Assembly: GCA_903880015.1 (NCBI GenBank) | Contig: CAIRNS010000025.1 | Location: 36,621 to 100,620 of the forward strand | From: an uncultured Elusimicrobia bacterium | GTDB lineage: Bacteria > Elusimicrobiota > Endomicrobiia > Endomicrobiales > CAIRNS01 | Direction of reading: 5' to 3' | Length of the DNA stretch: 64,000 nucleotides | Shown: positions 54,698 through 64,000 of the stretch, one piece after another | Layout: each line of letters opens with the position of its first letter | Position numbering within the stretch: the first letter of the stretch is position 1 | Program-made: the position numbers and the translations under genes | The notes under the pieces: model-generated | What the model was told of the DNA's origin: nothing | Seen by the model: only the letters and a program-made list of their open reading frames with translations | Database searches by the model: none

Positions 54698-56572
54698 ATG
54701 GCAAAAATCATTGGAATCGACTTAGGGACATCAAATTCGGCCGCGGCGGCAATGGAAGGCGGCAAGGCCACTATTATTCCGTCAGCGGAAGGAACGACGC
54801 TTGGCGGGAAAGCGTTTCCCTCGTATGTGGCGTTTACCAAAGACGGACAGTTGCTTGTGGGTGAACCCGCCCGCCGGCAAGCGGTAACCAACCCCGAAGG
54901 AACTATTTCCGCGTTTAAGCGGAAAATGGGGCAAGATTTCAAATACAGCATTCACGGCAAGGAGTTCACGCCTCAGCAGTTGTCGGCGTATATCCTGCAA
55001 AAAGTTAAACGGGACGCGGAAGCGTATCTCGGCGAACCGATAACCAAAGCCGTTATTACGGTACCCGCATATTTCAACGACCATCAGCGTCAGGCGACCA
55101 AAGATGCCGGCGCGATAGCCGGGCTGGAAGTCGTGCGTCTTGTCAATGAACCGACCGCGGCGGCGCTGGCGTACGGTATCGATAAAGGCGGCAAGGAACA
55201 GAAAATACTGGTGTTCGATCTCGGCGGCGGAACGCTCGATGTTACCGTCATGGAAATGGGTGCCGAAGGCACATTTGAAGTACTCTCGACATCCGGCGAC
55301 ACTCAGCTCGGCGGTACCGACATGGACAACGGGCTTCTTGACCATGTAGCCGAACAGTTCCGCAAGGAAACCGGCATTGACCTGCGCTCCGATAAAATGG
55401 CGGTTCAACGGTTGAAAGAAGCAGTTGAAAAAGCAAAAATTGAACTTTCAAATGTTTTGGAAACCGACTTGAATTTGCCGTTCATCACCGCTGATGCCTC
55501 AGGCCCGAAACATCTTACCATGAAGCTTTCCCGGGCGACGCTCGACAACATCGTGCGGCCTATCGTGGAACGGTGCAAAGGTTCGATTGACCGGGCTGTC
55601 ACCGATTCAAAGCTCAGCAAGGAACAGATTGCGCGCATCATTTTAGTCGGCGGCCCGACTCGGATGCCGATTGTTCAGAAATTTGTGGAAGAATATATCG
55701 GAAAAAAAGTTGAAGGCGGCATAGATCCGATGGAGTGCGTGGCGCTGGGCGCTGCCATTCAAGCCGCTGTTCTGACCGGCGAGGTCAAAGACATTCTTTT
55801 GCTGGATGTGACTCCGCTGACGCTGGGCGTTGAAACAATGGGCGGCGTGCGCACCGCGATTATCGACCGCAACACGACGGTCCCGACGAAGCGTTCGCAA
55901 GTGTTTTCAACCGCGGCAGAAAATCAGCCCTCGGTAGAGATACATGTCCTTCAGGGCGAGCGGCCGCTGGCAAAAGACAATGTGTCCCTCGGCAAGTTTT
56001 TTCTCGACGGTATTCCGCCGGCACCGCGCGGCGTTCCGCAGATTGAAGTGACCTTCGACATCGACGCCAACGGCATTCTGCATGTACTGGCGAAAGATCT
56101 CGGCACTAATAAGGAACAGTCCATCAGGATTACTTCATCGACAAAACTTTCCAAAGAGGATGTCGAGAAATTCGTCAAGGAAGCAGAGAAATATTCCGCT
56201 GACGACAAACAGCGCAAAGAGGAGATTGAGGTCAGAAATGAAACCGACAACCTTGTCTACTCGACAGAAAAAAATATGAAAGAGCACGGCGATAAAATAG
56301 CCGGCGACGAACGCCTTGCTGTCGAACAGGCGCTTACCTCCACCAAAGACGCGCTTAAGGGCACGGATATCGAAGCCATCAAAAAATCAAAAGAGGCGTT
56401 GACCACGGCGTCGCACAAACTGGCGGAAGTCATTTACCGCGAGGCGCAGAAGAAATCGGCGCCCGGGCAGGAAAATCCTCAGGCAGGGGCGGAGCAGTCC
56501 GCTGAATCGCCCGAGCAAAAGAATGACGCCAATGTAGTCGACGCCGAAGTGGTTGACGAAAAAAAGAATTAA
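54698..56572 (+). CDS. dnaK: Hsp70 chaperone DnaK (archaeal-type signatures)
   Basis: [51 protein letters not shown] and [18 protein letters not shown]. Confidence 0.99.
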   Translation: MAKIIGIDLGTSNSAAAAMEGGKATIIPSAEGTTLGGKAFPSYVAFTKDGQLLVGEPARRQAVTNPEGTISAFKRKMGQDFKYSIHGKEFTPQQLSAYILQKVKRDAEAYLGEPITKAVITVPAYFNDHQRQATKDAGAIAGLEVVRLVNEPTAAALAYGIDKGGKEQKILVFDLGGGTLDVTVMEMGAEGTFEVLSTSGDTQLGGTDMDNGLLDHVAEQFRKETGIDLRSDKMAVQRLKEAVEKAKIELSNVLETDLNLPFITADASGPKHLTMKLSRATLDNIVRPIVERCKGSIDRAVTDSKLSKEQIARIILVGGPTRMPIVQKFVEEYIGKKVEGGIDPMECVALGAAIQAAVLTGEVKDILLLDVTPLTLGVETMGGVRTAIIDRNTTVPTKRSQVFSTAAENQPSVEIHVLQGERPLAKDNVSLGKFFLDGIPPAPRGVPQIEVTFDIDANGILHVLAKDLGTNKEQSIRITSSTKLSKEDVEKFVKEAEKYSADDKQRKEEIEVRNETDNLVYSTEKNMKEHGDKIAGDERLAVEQALTSTKDALKGTDIEAIKKSKEALTTASHKLAEVIYREAQKKSAPGQENPQAGAEQSAESPEQKNDANVVDAEVVDEKKN

Positions 56573-56651
56573 TGGTCTGCTGTATATAAAATCCTCGTGC
56601 CCTGGAGAACTGGGGCGGGAGTGGCGCTATGCGTTTTAAAAAGGATGTATT

Positions 56652-57785
56652 GTGAAACGGGATTATTATGAAGTGCTCGGCATCAATAAAAATGCCGGAG
56701 TAGACGAGATAAAATCTGCCTACCGGAAACTTGCGCTGAAATATCATCCGGACAAAAATCCGGGTGACAAATCATCGGAAGAAAAGTTTAAAGAGATAAA
56801 CGAGGCATACGAAATGATTTCCGACGCGGGCAAACGGGTGCAGTATGACCGGTTTGGTCACGCCGGCGTCGGCACCGCTTCGCCTCCTCCCGGCGGCGGT
56901 GGTCAGGGATATGGAGACGCCGCTGATTTTTCCGACATAGGCGATATATTCGGCGATATGTTTGGCGATGTTTTCAAAGGCGGGCGCGGTGGCGGACGGG
57001 GGCAGCGTCGCGAGAAATCGTCCCGCGGCAGGGATTTGCAGTTCGACTTGGAACTCTCGCTTGCTGACGCTTTCACGGGAGCGGAAGTTCCTTTACAGAT
57101 ACCGCGCCAGGAGCCCTGCAGCGCGTGCGGCGGCAGCGGCGCAAAGACGGGGACTTCCTCGAAAACATGTACCCAGTGCAAAGGAGCCGGACAGGTTCGC
57201 TATAGTCAGGGGTTCTTTGCTTTCAATCAGGCATGTCCCCGTTGCAACGGGGAAGGTCAGATAATCGAAAGTCCGTGCCCTTCTTGTCGCGGCGCGGGGA
57301 CCACAAAAACAACGCATAAAGTTACCGTTCGCGTACCGGCCGGTGTTGACCAGGGGACATCTCTCCGTATAACCGGAGCCGGCGACGCCGGTCCCAAAGG
57401 GGGGACGCCCGGCGACCTCTATGTCGTCATTCATCTCAAAAAAGATGCCCGATTCACGCGCGAGGGCGATGATCTGTATGCGGAGTCGCCGGTTAGTTTC
57501 ACCGTCGCGGCGTTCGGTGGCGATATTTCACTCGACACCCTTGACGGTTCGGTTACCCTCAAAGTGCCCCCCGGGACACAGCCGGGGACTGTTTTTCGCG
57601 TTAAGGACCACGGCTTTCCCAAGCTTGGCCGCCGGATAAAAGGCGACCTTTTTGTTAAAGTTACGGTAGCCGTACCCAAAACCCTCACCGACAATCAAAA
57701 AACCGCATTGCGGAACTTCGCCCAATCGATGGGGGAATCCACCCCCGCGGGTTCAGACACTATTTTCAAAAAAGTTTTTAAATAA
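56652..57785 (+). CDS. dnaJ: Chaperone DnaJ (class A)
   Basis: J-domain with HPD, G/F-rich region, and four CxxCxGxG repeats. Confidence 0.98.
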   Translation: MKRDYYEVLGINKNAGVDEIKSAYRKLALKYHPDKNPGDKSSEEKFKEINEAYEMISDAGKRVQYDRFGHAGVGTASPPPGGGGQGYGDAADFSDIGDIFGDMFGDVFKGGRGGGRGQRREKSSRGRDLQFDLELSLADAFTGAEVPLQIPRQEPCSACGGSGAKTGTSSKTCTQCKGAGQVRYSQGFFAFNQACPRCNGEGQIIESPCPSCRGAGTTKTTHKVTVRVPAGVDQGTSLRITGAGDAGPKGGTPGDLYVVIHLKKDARFTREGDDLYAESPVSFTVAAFGGDISLDTLDGSVTLKVPPGTQPGTVFRVKDHGFPKLGRRIKGDLFVKVTVAVPKTLTDNQKTALRNFAQSMGESTPAGSDTIFKKVFK

Positions 57786-57851
57786 TCGTTGTCTGTCATA
57801 AAAGCATGGTGTTAATCCCGCATCCCTGCTACTGTTTGTTTTGGAGAATCT

Positions 57852-58580
57852 ATGCCGCATTTTTTTGTGTTGCCGGAAAATATTCTTGACGGTGTTTTTC
57901 GTATAACGGGGGACGAAGCGCATCATCTGGCAACGGTGCGCCGCTGTCAGCCCGGCAGCACGCTGCATCTTTTTGACGGCACAGGCAAAACATATAGAGG
58001 AACGATTACGGTGGTTGCTCATAATGAACTGACGGGGACTCTCGTCGAGGAGCAATCCGCCCCGGGCCCCGTTGTTGATATCCGACTCTATAATGCTGTC
58101 CCCAAGGGGGAACGATTTGATTGGTTGGTTGAAAAGGCGGCAGAATTGGGCGTGACGGCGCTGATTCCGATAATAACGGAACGCAGCGTTGTCAAAGATA
58201 TTTCATCCGCCAAGCATGATCGTTGGAACCGGCTGTCTCGTGCCGCCAGTGAGCAGTCCGGCCGGCGGGATATTATGCGCGTTGAAGCGCCTATCTTGTT
58301 TGATGCCGCCCTCAGCCAAGTTGTTTCGTCTACCGTTGGCGTCATTCCCTGGGAAGGCGAAGAAACCACGGCGATGCGGGAAATCCTTCCGCGTATCCAT
58401 CCGGGAGCGGCAGTCGCTATTTTTGTCGGTCCGGAAGGCGGATTCACCAGTCAGGAAATAGTGCGTGCTTCATCACAATCCATTATGCCGGTTACCCTTG
58501 GAAAAAATATCTTGCGTGTTGAAACTGCCGGAATCCTCGCCACCATTCTCGTCATGAACCTCGCCGGGCGCTATCAGTGA
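57852..58580 (+). CDS. rsmE: 16S rRNA m3U1498 methyltransferase
   Basis: HL..VRR, EKA.ELGV, A.EQSGR, VGPEGGF and LG..ILRVETA. Confidence 0.96.
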   Translation: MPHFFVLPENILDGVFRITGDEAHHLATVRRCQPGSTLHLFDGTGKTYRGTITVVAHNELTGTLVEEQSAPGPVVDIRLYNAVPKGERFDWLVEKAAELGVTALIPIITERSVVKDISSAKHDRWNRLSRAASEQSGRRDIMRVEAPILFDAALSQVVSSTVGVIPWEGEETTAMREILPRIHPGAAVAIFVGPEGGFTSQEIVRASSQSIMPVTLGKNILRVETAGILATILVMNLAGRYQ

Positions 58581-59764
58581 AAACGGCATATATTCACACC
58601 TTCGGATGTAAAGTAAATCAATTTGACTCACAAGTGATTCGCGAACATTTCTCAGCGCTCGGGTACCATTTTGCGCAGGAGCCCGAGGAAGCCGATACGA
58701 TTATCCTCAATTCCTGCACCGTTACCTCCGCGGCGGACCGTCAATGCCGTTCATTAATCCGGAAAATAACCGCCGCCAATCCCCGTGCGCGTATTTTGCT
58801 TGCGGGTTGTTACGCACGGCGTTCCGGGGGCGAGCTGCTGACCGAATTCCCTCAGCTCGAATTGCTGGATACGGCCTCTTTCCTCGATAAATCAATTGCC
58901 TCATTTGCGGAACATTCTCGGGCGTTTCTGAAAATTCAGGATGGATGTGATGCGTTTTGCTCGTATTGCATCGTTCCGTTCGTGCGGCCGGTTTTATGGA
59001 GCCGCCCCGTCAGCGATATCATCAGTCAGGTGCGCGCCCTCGTCAAGCACGGATATCCCGAGATTGTCCTGACGGGCGTTCATTTAGGAAAATATCGCGG
59101 CGGTCTTGTGCCGGTTCTTGAAGCTATTCTTGGCGTTGCGGGAAATTTTCGCCTGCGGTTGTCGTCGCTTGATGTCAGCGAGGTTACCGATGGTCTGGTT
59201 GCGTTGATGCGTAACAACCCCGCGCGTATCTGCCGGCATCTGCATATTCCTCTGCAGTCAGGTTCACCTGCTGTTCTCGCGCGCATGAAACGGTCGTATA
59301 CCGCTGAAACATTTTTGCGCACGGTGGAAAAAGTGCGAGAACAGTTGCCGGATATTGGTATCTCAACAGATGTTATTGTGGGTTTTCCCGGCGAGACGGA
59401 CGCTGATTTCTCGGCTACCTGCTCAATGGTAGAAAGTATATTGTTTAGCCGTTTGCATGTATTTCGCTATTCGCCGCGTCCGGGGACTGCGGCGGCCGCA
59501 ATGAAACCGTTGGTTGATGCAAAAACAATACAGGAGCGTTCGCGGATACTGCGTGCAATCGGGGTTGCCCGGGAAGAACGATTCTGGCGCTCGTTTGCGG
59601 GAACAAAACGGCCGATTGTTATGGAAGGTGAAAACCATACGGCGCTCACTGATAATTATATCCGCATACAGGTTGATAAAAAAACAGGCTCACAATTCAA
59701 TGGTATTTTTGAATTATACATTACCGATATCAATGGCAAAGCCTGGGGCAAGTCGTCGCTTTAA
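58577..59764 (+). CDS. mtaB: tRNA t6A37 methylthiotransferase
   Basis: TFGCKVNQ, NSCTVT, RAFLKIQDGCDAFCSYC, HIPLQSG, DVIVGFPGET and HVFRYSPRPGT; follows rsmE. Confidence 0.88.
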   Translation: MKTAYIHTFGCKVNQFDSQVIREHFSALGYHFAQEPEEADTIILNSCTVTSAADRQCRSLIRKITAANPRARILLAGCYARRSGGELLTEFPQLELLDTASFLDKSIASFAEHSRAFLKIQDGCDAFCSYCIVPFVRPVLWSRPVSDIISQVRALVKHGYPEIVLTGVHLGKYRGGLVPVLEAILGVAGNFRLRLSSLDVSEVTDGLVALMRNNPARICRHLHIPLQSGSPAVLARMKRSYTAETFLRTVEKVREQLPDIGISTDVIVGFPGETDADFSATCSMVESILFSRLHVFRYSPRPGTAAAAMKPLVDAKTIQERSRILRAIGVAREERFWRSFAGTKRPIVMEGENHTALTDNYIRIQVDKKTGSQFNGIFELYITDINGKAWGKSSL

Positions 59765-59785
59765 AACGATAGTATTAGCAGGGAC

Positions 59786-59814
59786 TTGATAATTAAGTAA
59801 ATATTGGTTATACT
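59786..59814 (+). promoter_or_regulatory. Sigma70 promoter upstream of hinT-rpsU
   Basis: TTGATA (59786-59791), 17-bp spacer, TATACT (59809-59814). Confidence 0.7.
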
Positions 59815-59824
59815 ATCTCCTCTT

Positions 59825-60166
59825 ATGGACTGCATTTTTTGCGCTATTATCAAAAAGCAGATTCCAGCTGATGTCGTTTTTGAAAACGACCGGATAGCGG
59901 CGTTTCGGGATACCAATCCTCAGGCGCCTGTCCATATTTTGATTGTCCCCAAAAAGCACATCACATCGCTCGATACTATCGACGATGCCGATCAGGCGGT
60001 ACTGGGTGAAATTCAGATTGTGGCGCGTGATATTGCACGGCGGGAACGGATTGCCGAGATTGGTTACCGTCTGGTTGTCAACTGCGGGATAGCTGCCGGA
60101 CAGACGGTGCGTCATGTTCATTATCATTTGCTGGGTGGTCGTAAGTTGTTGTGGCCGCCGGGTTGA
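59825..60166 (+). CDS. hinT: Histidine triad nucleotide-binding protein
   Basis: DCIFC, AFRD.NPQAP.H.L..PK.H, GQTV.HVHYHLLGG and WPPG; start at ATG 59825. Confidence 0.95.
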   Translation: MDCIFCAIIKKQIPADVVFENDRIAAFRDTNPQAPVHILIVPKKHITSLDTIDDADQAVLGEIQIVARDIARRERIAEIGYRLVVNCGIAAGQTVRHVHYHLLGGRKLLWPPG

Positions 60167-60214
60167 ATCACATAAATTACATTAAATAATTAACAGGAAG
60201 GTGGTGTGAATGAC

Positions 60215-60421
60215 ATGGTCAATGTACGGGTACGGGAAGGCGAATCAATAGAAGAAGCCATCCGCCGTTTTAAGAGAGAATGTGAACGAAACGGAATCAT
60301 GCAGGAAATAAAAAAACGCGAGTTCTACAAATCTCCAAGCGTCGTGCGTAAAGAAAAACTGGCAGAAGCGAAACGCAAAATTCGTCGTAAAATGATGAAA
60401 GAAAACAGATGGGCGCGGTAA
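60215..60421 (+). CDS. rpsU: 30S ribosomal protein bS21
   Basis: V.VREGESIE.AIRRFK and KKREFY.SPS..RK.K; alternative start GTG 60206. Confidence 0.95.
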   Translation: MVNVRVREGESIEEAIRRFKRECERNGIMQEIKKREFYKSPSVVRKEKLAEAKRKIRRKMMKENRWAR

Positions 60422-60434
60422 TATATACTCCTAT

Positions 60435-60475
60435 GAAAAACGGTAAACAGTCGTTTGTGCTGTTTACCGTTTTTC
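60435..60475 (+). terminator. Intrinsic terminator-like hairpin after rpsU
   Basis: Perfect 16-bp inverted repeat GAAAAACGGTAAACAG / CTGTTTACCGTTTTTC with a 9-nt loop; the 3' arm ends in a T-run. Confidence 0.8.
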
Positions 60476-60503
60476 GTCTCATAGTTGAGAAAGAGGTTGC
60501 GCG

Positions 60504-61466
60504 ATGAAACTCAAAGATTTGTTCACCTTTTGTATCGAGCAGGGTATAGCCCAGGATTTGCGCGGCAAAGATGCGGTTCTGGCGGAGCAGAAACGGAAAA
60601 ATGAACGGTTCGCAAAACTTCCGGCGGACGAAAAAGAAGATTTTGATACTGATACGCTCACCAATCCGTTTGCCGATTCCCGCATATTATTCGGCGATCC
60701 TGAGACGGAAGTAAAAACTATTCTCACCGGTATTGATATCGAAACCGCCGAGATCGTTTTGGCGCATACCCTAAAAACCATCGGCAAACCTGTCGACCTG
60801 GTGATAACCCATCATCCTGAAGGAAAAGCATACGCAACATTTTATCAGGTCATGGGGCTCCAGTCCGATGTTCTCAATAAATTCGGCGTTCCGATAACCG
60901 CTGCGGAATCCCTGACGGATGACCGGATGAAAGAGGTCGGTCGTAAGGTGATGGGGCAAAACCATATGCGGACCGTTGACGCGGCGCGTCTTCTGGGTAT
61001 TCCGTTTATGTCGGCCCATACGGTTGCTGACAATCATGTGGCTTCATACCTCCAGAACGTATGTGACGAGAAAAAACCGGTTTTTATCGGCGAAATCATA
61101 AAATTGCTCAAAGCGATTCCTGAGTACAAAGAAGCGACGGGCAACGGTGCCGGTCCGACCATATTGTCGGGATCAAAAGATAATAAAGCAGGTAAGATAT
61201 TCGTTGACATGACCGGCGGTACCGAGGGCGCCAAAGAGGCAATAGAGAAATTGGCTGACGCCGGCGTCGGGACTATGATTTGCATGCACATGAGCGACGA
61301 TCATTTTAAGATGGCCGAGAAATGCCATATCCGTGTTATTATTGCGGGACATATTGCTTCCGATAATCTGGGGGTCAATCTGCTCTTTGATTCTGTGGAA
61401 AAGAAATTCGGACCGCTTAATTTCCTTGAATGTTCAGGTTTTCGCCGTATCCGGCGCGCACAGTAA
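60504..61466 (+). CDS. NIF3/YbgI-like metal-binding protein (NGG1p-interacting factor family)
   Basis: NPFADSRI, GIDIE, HHPEG, HT.ADN, DMTGGTEG, MHM and AGHIASDNLG.N. Confidence 0.82.
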   Translation: MKLKDLFTFCIEQGIAQDLRGKDAVLAEQKRKNERFAKLPADEKEDFDTDTLTNPFADSRILFGDPETEVKTILTGIDIETAEIVLAHTLKTIGKPVDLVITHHPEGKAYATFYQVMGLQSDVLNKFGVPITAAESLTDDRMKEVGRKVMGQNHMRTVDAARLLGIPFMSAHTVADNHVASYLQNVCDEKKPVFIGEIIKLLKAIPEYKEATGNGAGPTILSGSKDNKAGKIFVDMTGGTEGAKEAIEKLADAGVGTMICMHMSDDHFKMAEKCHIRVIIAGHIASDNLGVNLLFDSVEKKFGPLNFLECSGFRRIRRAQ

Positions 61467-61533
61467 AGAGCCATTGCGGCACGCATGAAGACCCGGCAGC
61501 GGTGGTACTTGCAGTGACGGAAACCTTGGATTT

Positions 61534-63285
61534 ATGACTATTTCTCCGCAAACTATAGAAAAGATACGATCGAGCATCGATATCGTTGAGCTGGTCCGGG
61601 AGTATATCCCGACGGTCAAGCGGTCGGGGCGCAACTGGAAAGCTAACTGCCCGTTTCATAACGAAAAAACGCCGTCGTTCATGATTAGCCCCGAGAAGGC
61701 GATATTCCATTGTTTCGGATGCGGCGCCGGGGGCGATGTTTTCACTTTCGTCATGATGATCGATTCTCTGAGTTGGCCGGAATCGATTCGGAAACTGGCT
61801 TCCCGCTGCGGCGTTGTCATCGAGGAAACCACGGCAGAAGTCGTTAAGCGCTCAGAAAAACAGAAATTATATGATTTATTGGAGCAGGCCGCCCGATACT
61901 ATCACCGGATGTTTAAGGAATCGCCCGCCGGTAAAACTGGCCGGGAGTACCTCAAAAAAAGAGGGGTAAACGGCGAATCCATAGAAAAATTTGTGCTCGG
62001 ATTTGCGCCGAAAGGGTCGCTCATCGAGCAGGCGAAGAAAAAGGGATACACGGTAGAGGATCTTGCTGCCGCGGGCATTGTCACCCGGACGGAACGGGGC
62101 AATTATTTCGAGTATATGTCCGACCGGCTGGTATTTCCTATTCTGGACACGCAGGGCCGTGTGGTGGCTTTCGGCGGCAGGACGCTCAAAGACGACCAGC
62201 CAAAATATTTAAACACGCCCGAGACGGCAGTGTATTCGAAGTCGAGCCAGTTGTACGGTTTGTTTCAGGCATTGCCGACGGTACGGTCCCGCCGGGAGCT
62301 GATGGTTTTGGAAGGGTACATGGATGTCGTCGTCACCCATCAGTTCGGGGTGTCCTATACGGTGGCGACTCTGGGCACTTCGTTGACCGCCCAGCACGCT
62401 CAGTCGCTGTCGCGCTACGCTGATAACATTACCTTGTTGTTTGACTCTGACGAAGCTGGTTTTGCCGCGGCAAAACGGGCTACGGACATACTCTTTGAAA
62501 AAGATTTCGCGCTGAAAATAAGTTCTCTGCCGCCCGGGGTTGACCCCGACGAATATCTGGTTGCGCATGGCGCTGAGCCGTTTAACGAACTCATAGAGCG
62601 CAACCGCCAGTCAGCCATCGAGTTTTTGACGGCCATGGCGCTGCGTAAATTCGGTACTGATTCACCGGAAGCAAAGGCGCGTGCGGTGCAGGAACTGGTT
62701 CCGGTTGTGGCGCGCGCGCATAATGCCGTGCTTGCCGGAGAGTGGATAAAATATATCGCCGGCGAGACCGGGACAGCTGAAACAGCAATCGTCAGTGAGG
62801 TCAAGCGTGCATCCCGGACAACCGTCCGCAGTGCGCCGCAAGAGCCCGCTCCCGCTAAACGCGTTGCCGGCATTCGTTCTGCCGAAGAAGAGCTGATTCA
62901 ACTGATAGCGGCGTTTCCGCAGTTTTCGGAAAAAGTAGATGAAAGAATATTTTCAGATGACCGCTGCATAGCAGTATTCCAACTGTTAGTGCGCCACTCG
63001 ACGGTTGCAGAAATAGCCGTTGTGATTCCTGAGACAATCAGGCAGTGGTTTACCGAACTCGCTCTTGAAGAAAAAACATATCCGGCGCCCGAAGAGATTC
63101 TGCGGACGCTGGTGTTCGATTTAGAACAGCGGCGCCGGGAATTGCGCCGTCGGGAATTGGGTCGGGACATAGATTTAATGACCAGCAAGAAAATACCGCT
63201 TGATGAAGAAGTTGTCCGGCAATATCAGGAACTCAATAAACAGCTGAAAGGTTCGGTGAAATCACGCCATGGCAAAAACGAATAA
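61534..63285 (+). CDS. dnaG: DNA primase
   Basis: CHC2 Zn finger CPFHNEKTPSF..HCFGC, FGGR, KYLNTPET, EGYMDV, ATLGT, FDSDEAG and DPDE. Confidence 0.98.
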   Translation: MTISPQTIEKIRSSIDIVELVREYIPTVKRSGRNWKANCPFHNEKTPSFMISPEKAIFHCFGCGAGGDVFTFVMMIDSLSWPESIRKLASRCGVVIEETTAEVVKRSEKQKLYDLLEQAARYYHRMFKESPAGKTGREYLKKRGVNGESIEKFVLGFAPKGSLIEQAKKKGYTVEDLAAAGIVTRTERGNYFEYMSDRLVFPILDTQGRVVAFGGRTLKDDQPKYLNTPETAVYSKSSQLYGLFQALPTVRSRRELMVLEGYMDVVVTHQFGVSYTVATLGTSLTAQHAQSLSRYADNITLLFDSDEAGFAAAKRATDILFEKDFALKISSLPPGVDPDEYLVAHGAEPFNELIERNRQSAIEFLTAMALRKFGTDSPEAKARAVQELVPVVARAHNAVLAGEWIKYIAGETGTAETAIVSEVKRASRTTVRSAPQEPAPAKRVAGIRSAEEELIQLIAAFPQFSEKVDERIFSDDRCIAVFQLLVRHSTVAEIAVVIPETIRQWFTELALEEKTYPAPEEILRTLVFDLEQRRRELRRRELGRDIDLMTSKKIPLDEEVVRQYQELNKQLKGSVKSRHGKNE

Positions 63286-64000
63286 CGCGTTCAAAGATCT
63301 CATTGAGCACGGCAAAGAACACGGCTATCTGACCTATGACGAGATTAACAAAACGATTCCCGGAACCGTCATGGGCTCGGAGAAGATTGACGATTTTTTT
63401 GGAGCCCTCGACAATCTGGGGATTCCTGTCGTCGAAAAAGAGACCGATTATTTAACGAAACTCCGTGAAGCGCCCGCTGAAGAGCACGACATCGCCAAAG
63501 ACATCAGTGACGATGAAGTTATCAATCCCGTCCGCATGTATTTGACGGAGATGGCCAAAGTCGCCTTGCTTGACCGCGCGACGGAAGTCAATCTTGCCCG
63601 CGCCATACGCGAAAACGAAAAGAAACTTAAGCACATTGTTCTTGAGTCGCCGCTTATCATCAAAGAAATCAGGAACTGGGAAACATTGATCAGCCAGGAC
63701 GAGATGACCCCAAAAGAGCTGATGCCGCGGGGAAGGAAATCCTCCGCCCAGCTACGGGGAATGCGCTTAAAGATGAGAAAAGGGGTGCACCAGATATCCC
63801 TGATAGAAAAGAAGATTATAAAGAACGATTTGCGGCTTAAAGTAAGATCAATCTCGCGCAAAGAGCGGGAGAAACGGGTACAACTGATAATCGACGATCG
63901 TCAACGGGTTATTGATGTCATTCTCGGACTTAATTTAAACCAGGACAAGATAAAACGCCTGATAAATAAAATTAAAACGACCGCGCAGAAATTGTCCGAA
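63269..64000 (+). CDS. rpoD: Primary sigma factor sigma70, N-terminal part (truncated by window; absent from the ORF track)
   Basis: Manual translation from ATG 63269 gives MAKTNNAFKDLIEHGKEHGYLTYDEIN (region 1.1) and NPVRMYLTEMAKVALL...E..LA (region 1.2); frame open to the window end; follows dnaG. Confidence 0.93.
   Translation, partial: MAKTNNAFKDLIEHGKEHGYLTYDEINKTIPGTVMGSEKIDDFFGALDNLGIPVVEKETDYLTKLREAPAEEHDIAKDISDDEVINPVRMYLTEMAKVALLDRATEVNLARAIRENEKKLKHIVLESPLIIKEIRNWETLISQDEMTPKELMPRGRKSSAQLRGMRLKMRKGVHQISLIEKKIIKNDLRLKVRSISRKEREKRVQLIIDDRQRVIDVILGLNLNQDKIKRLINKIKTTAQKLSE

Noticed and set aside
54040-55408. Long antisense ORFs (303 aa and 208 aa) opposite grpE/dnaK
   Set aside because: Antisense open frames opposite dnaK are a known codon-pattern artefact; they show no motifs and fully overlap well-supported genes.
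56598-56630. GC-rich hairpin between dnaK and dnaJ as a terminator or sRNA
   Set aside because: Imperfect stem with several G-U pairs and no adjacent U-tract; at most an mRNA stability element.
59775-59801. Second CIRCE starting TTAGCA
   Set aside because: Only the first six bases match; the right arm GAGTGCTAA is absent.
61467-61533. Structured RNA or riboswitch upstream of dnaG
   Set aside because: Only a weak 7-bp pairing with two G-U pairs and no recognisable riboswitch core.

Overview
Gene-dense chromosomal window, about 50% GC by eye, from an LPS-producing (diderm) bacterium; almost every gene is on the + strand. The gene order, the RpoD N-terminus and an archaeal-type DnaK suggest Elusimicrobiota (inference from memory, not a search result). 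From left to right: (1) 1-19.4 kb, LPS/envelope block: two sulfatase-like proteins, waaL, glycosyltransferases, a PIG-L deacetylase, lpxK, gmhB, DUF3108, a DHS-like protein, rfaE1, kdsB, pyrG, kdsA, a Zn-ribbon membrane protein, kdsC, lpxL, lptCAB. (2) 19.4-29.9 kb, hpf-ptsN-hprK-rapZ-yvcK plus a full mannose-family PTS, with a GH57 glucanotransferase inserted between IIB and IIC. (3) lepA-lepB-tex-nfeD-SPFH-hemW. (4) 37.5-52.8 kb, an accessory block: a glycan-tailoring cluster with two B12-dependent radical SAM enzymes and two GT-C proteins, then a convergent CheB/CheR fusion plus PAS histidine kinase. (5) CIRCE-hrcA-grpE-dnaK-dnaJ-rsmE-mtaB-hinT-rpsU-NIF3-dnaG-rpoD (truncated at the window edge). 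I saw no rRNA, tRNA, CRISPR array, transposase or integrase, but three kinds of REP-like palindromes occur in intergenic gaps. Most of the window is housekeeping. The best candidates for undescribed biology are the receptor-less CheBR protein with methylation-site-like heptads, the B12 radical SAM/GT-C island, the GH57-containing PTS operon, and two uncharacterised proteins embedded among the heptose/Kdo genes. All family calls come from motif recognition; no searches were run.
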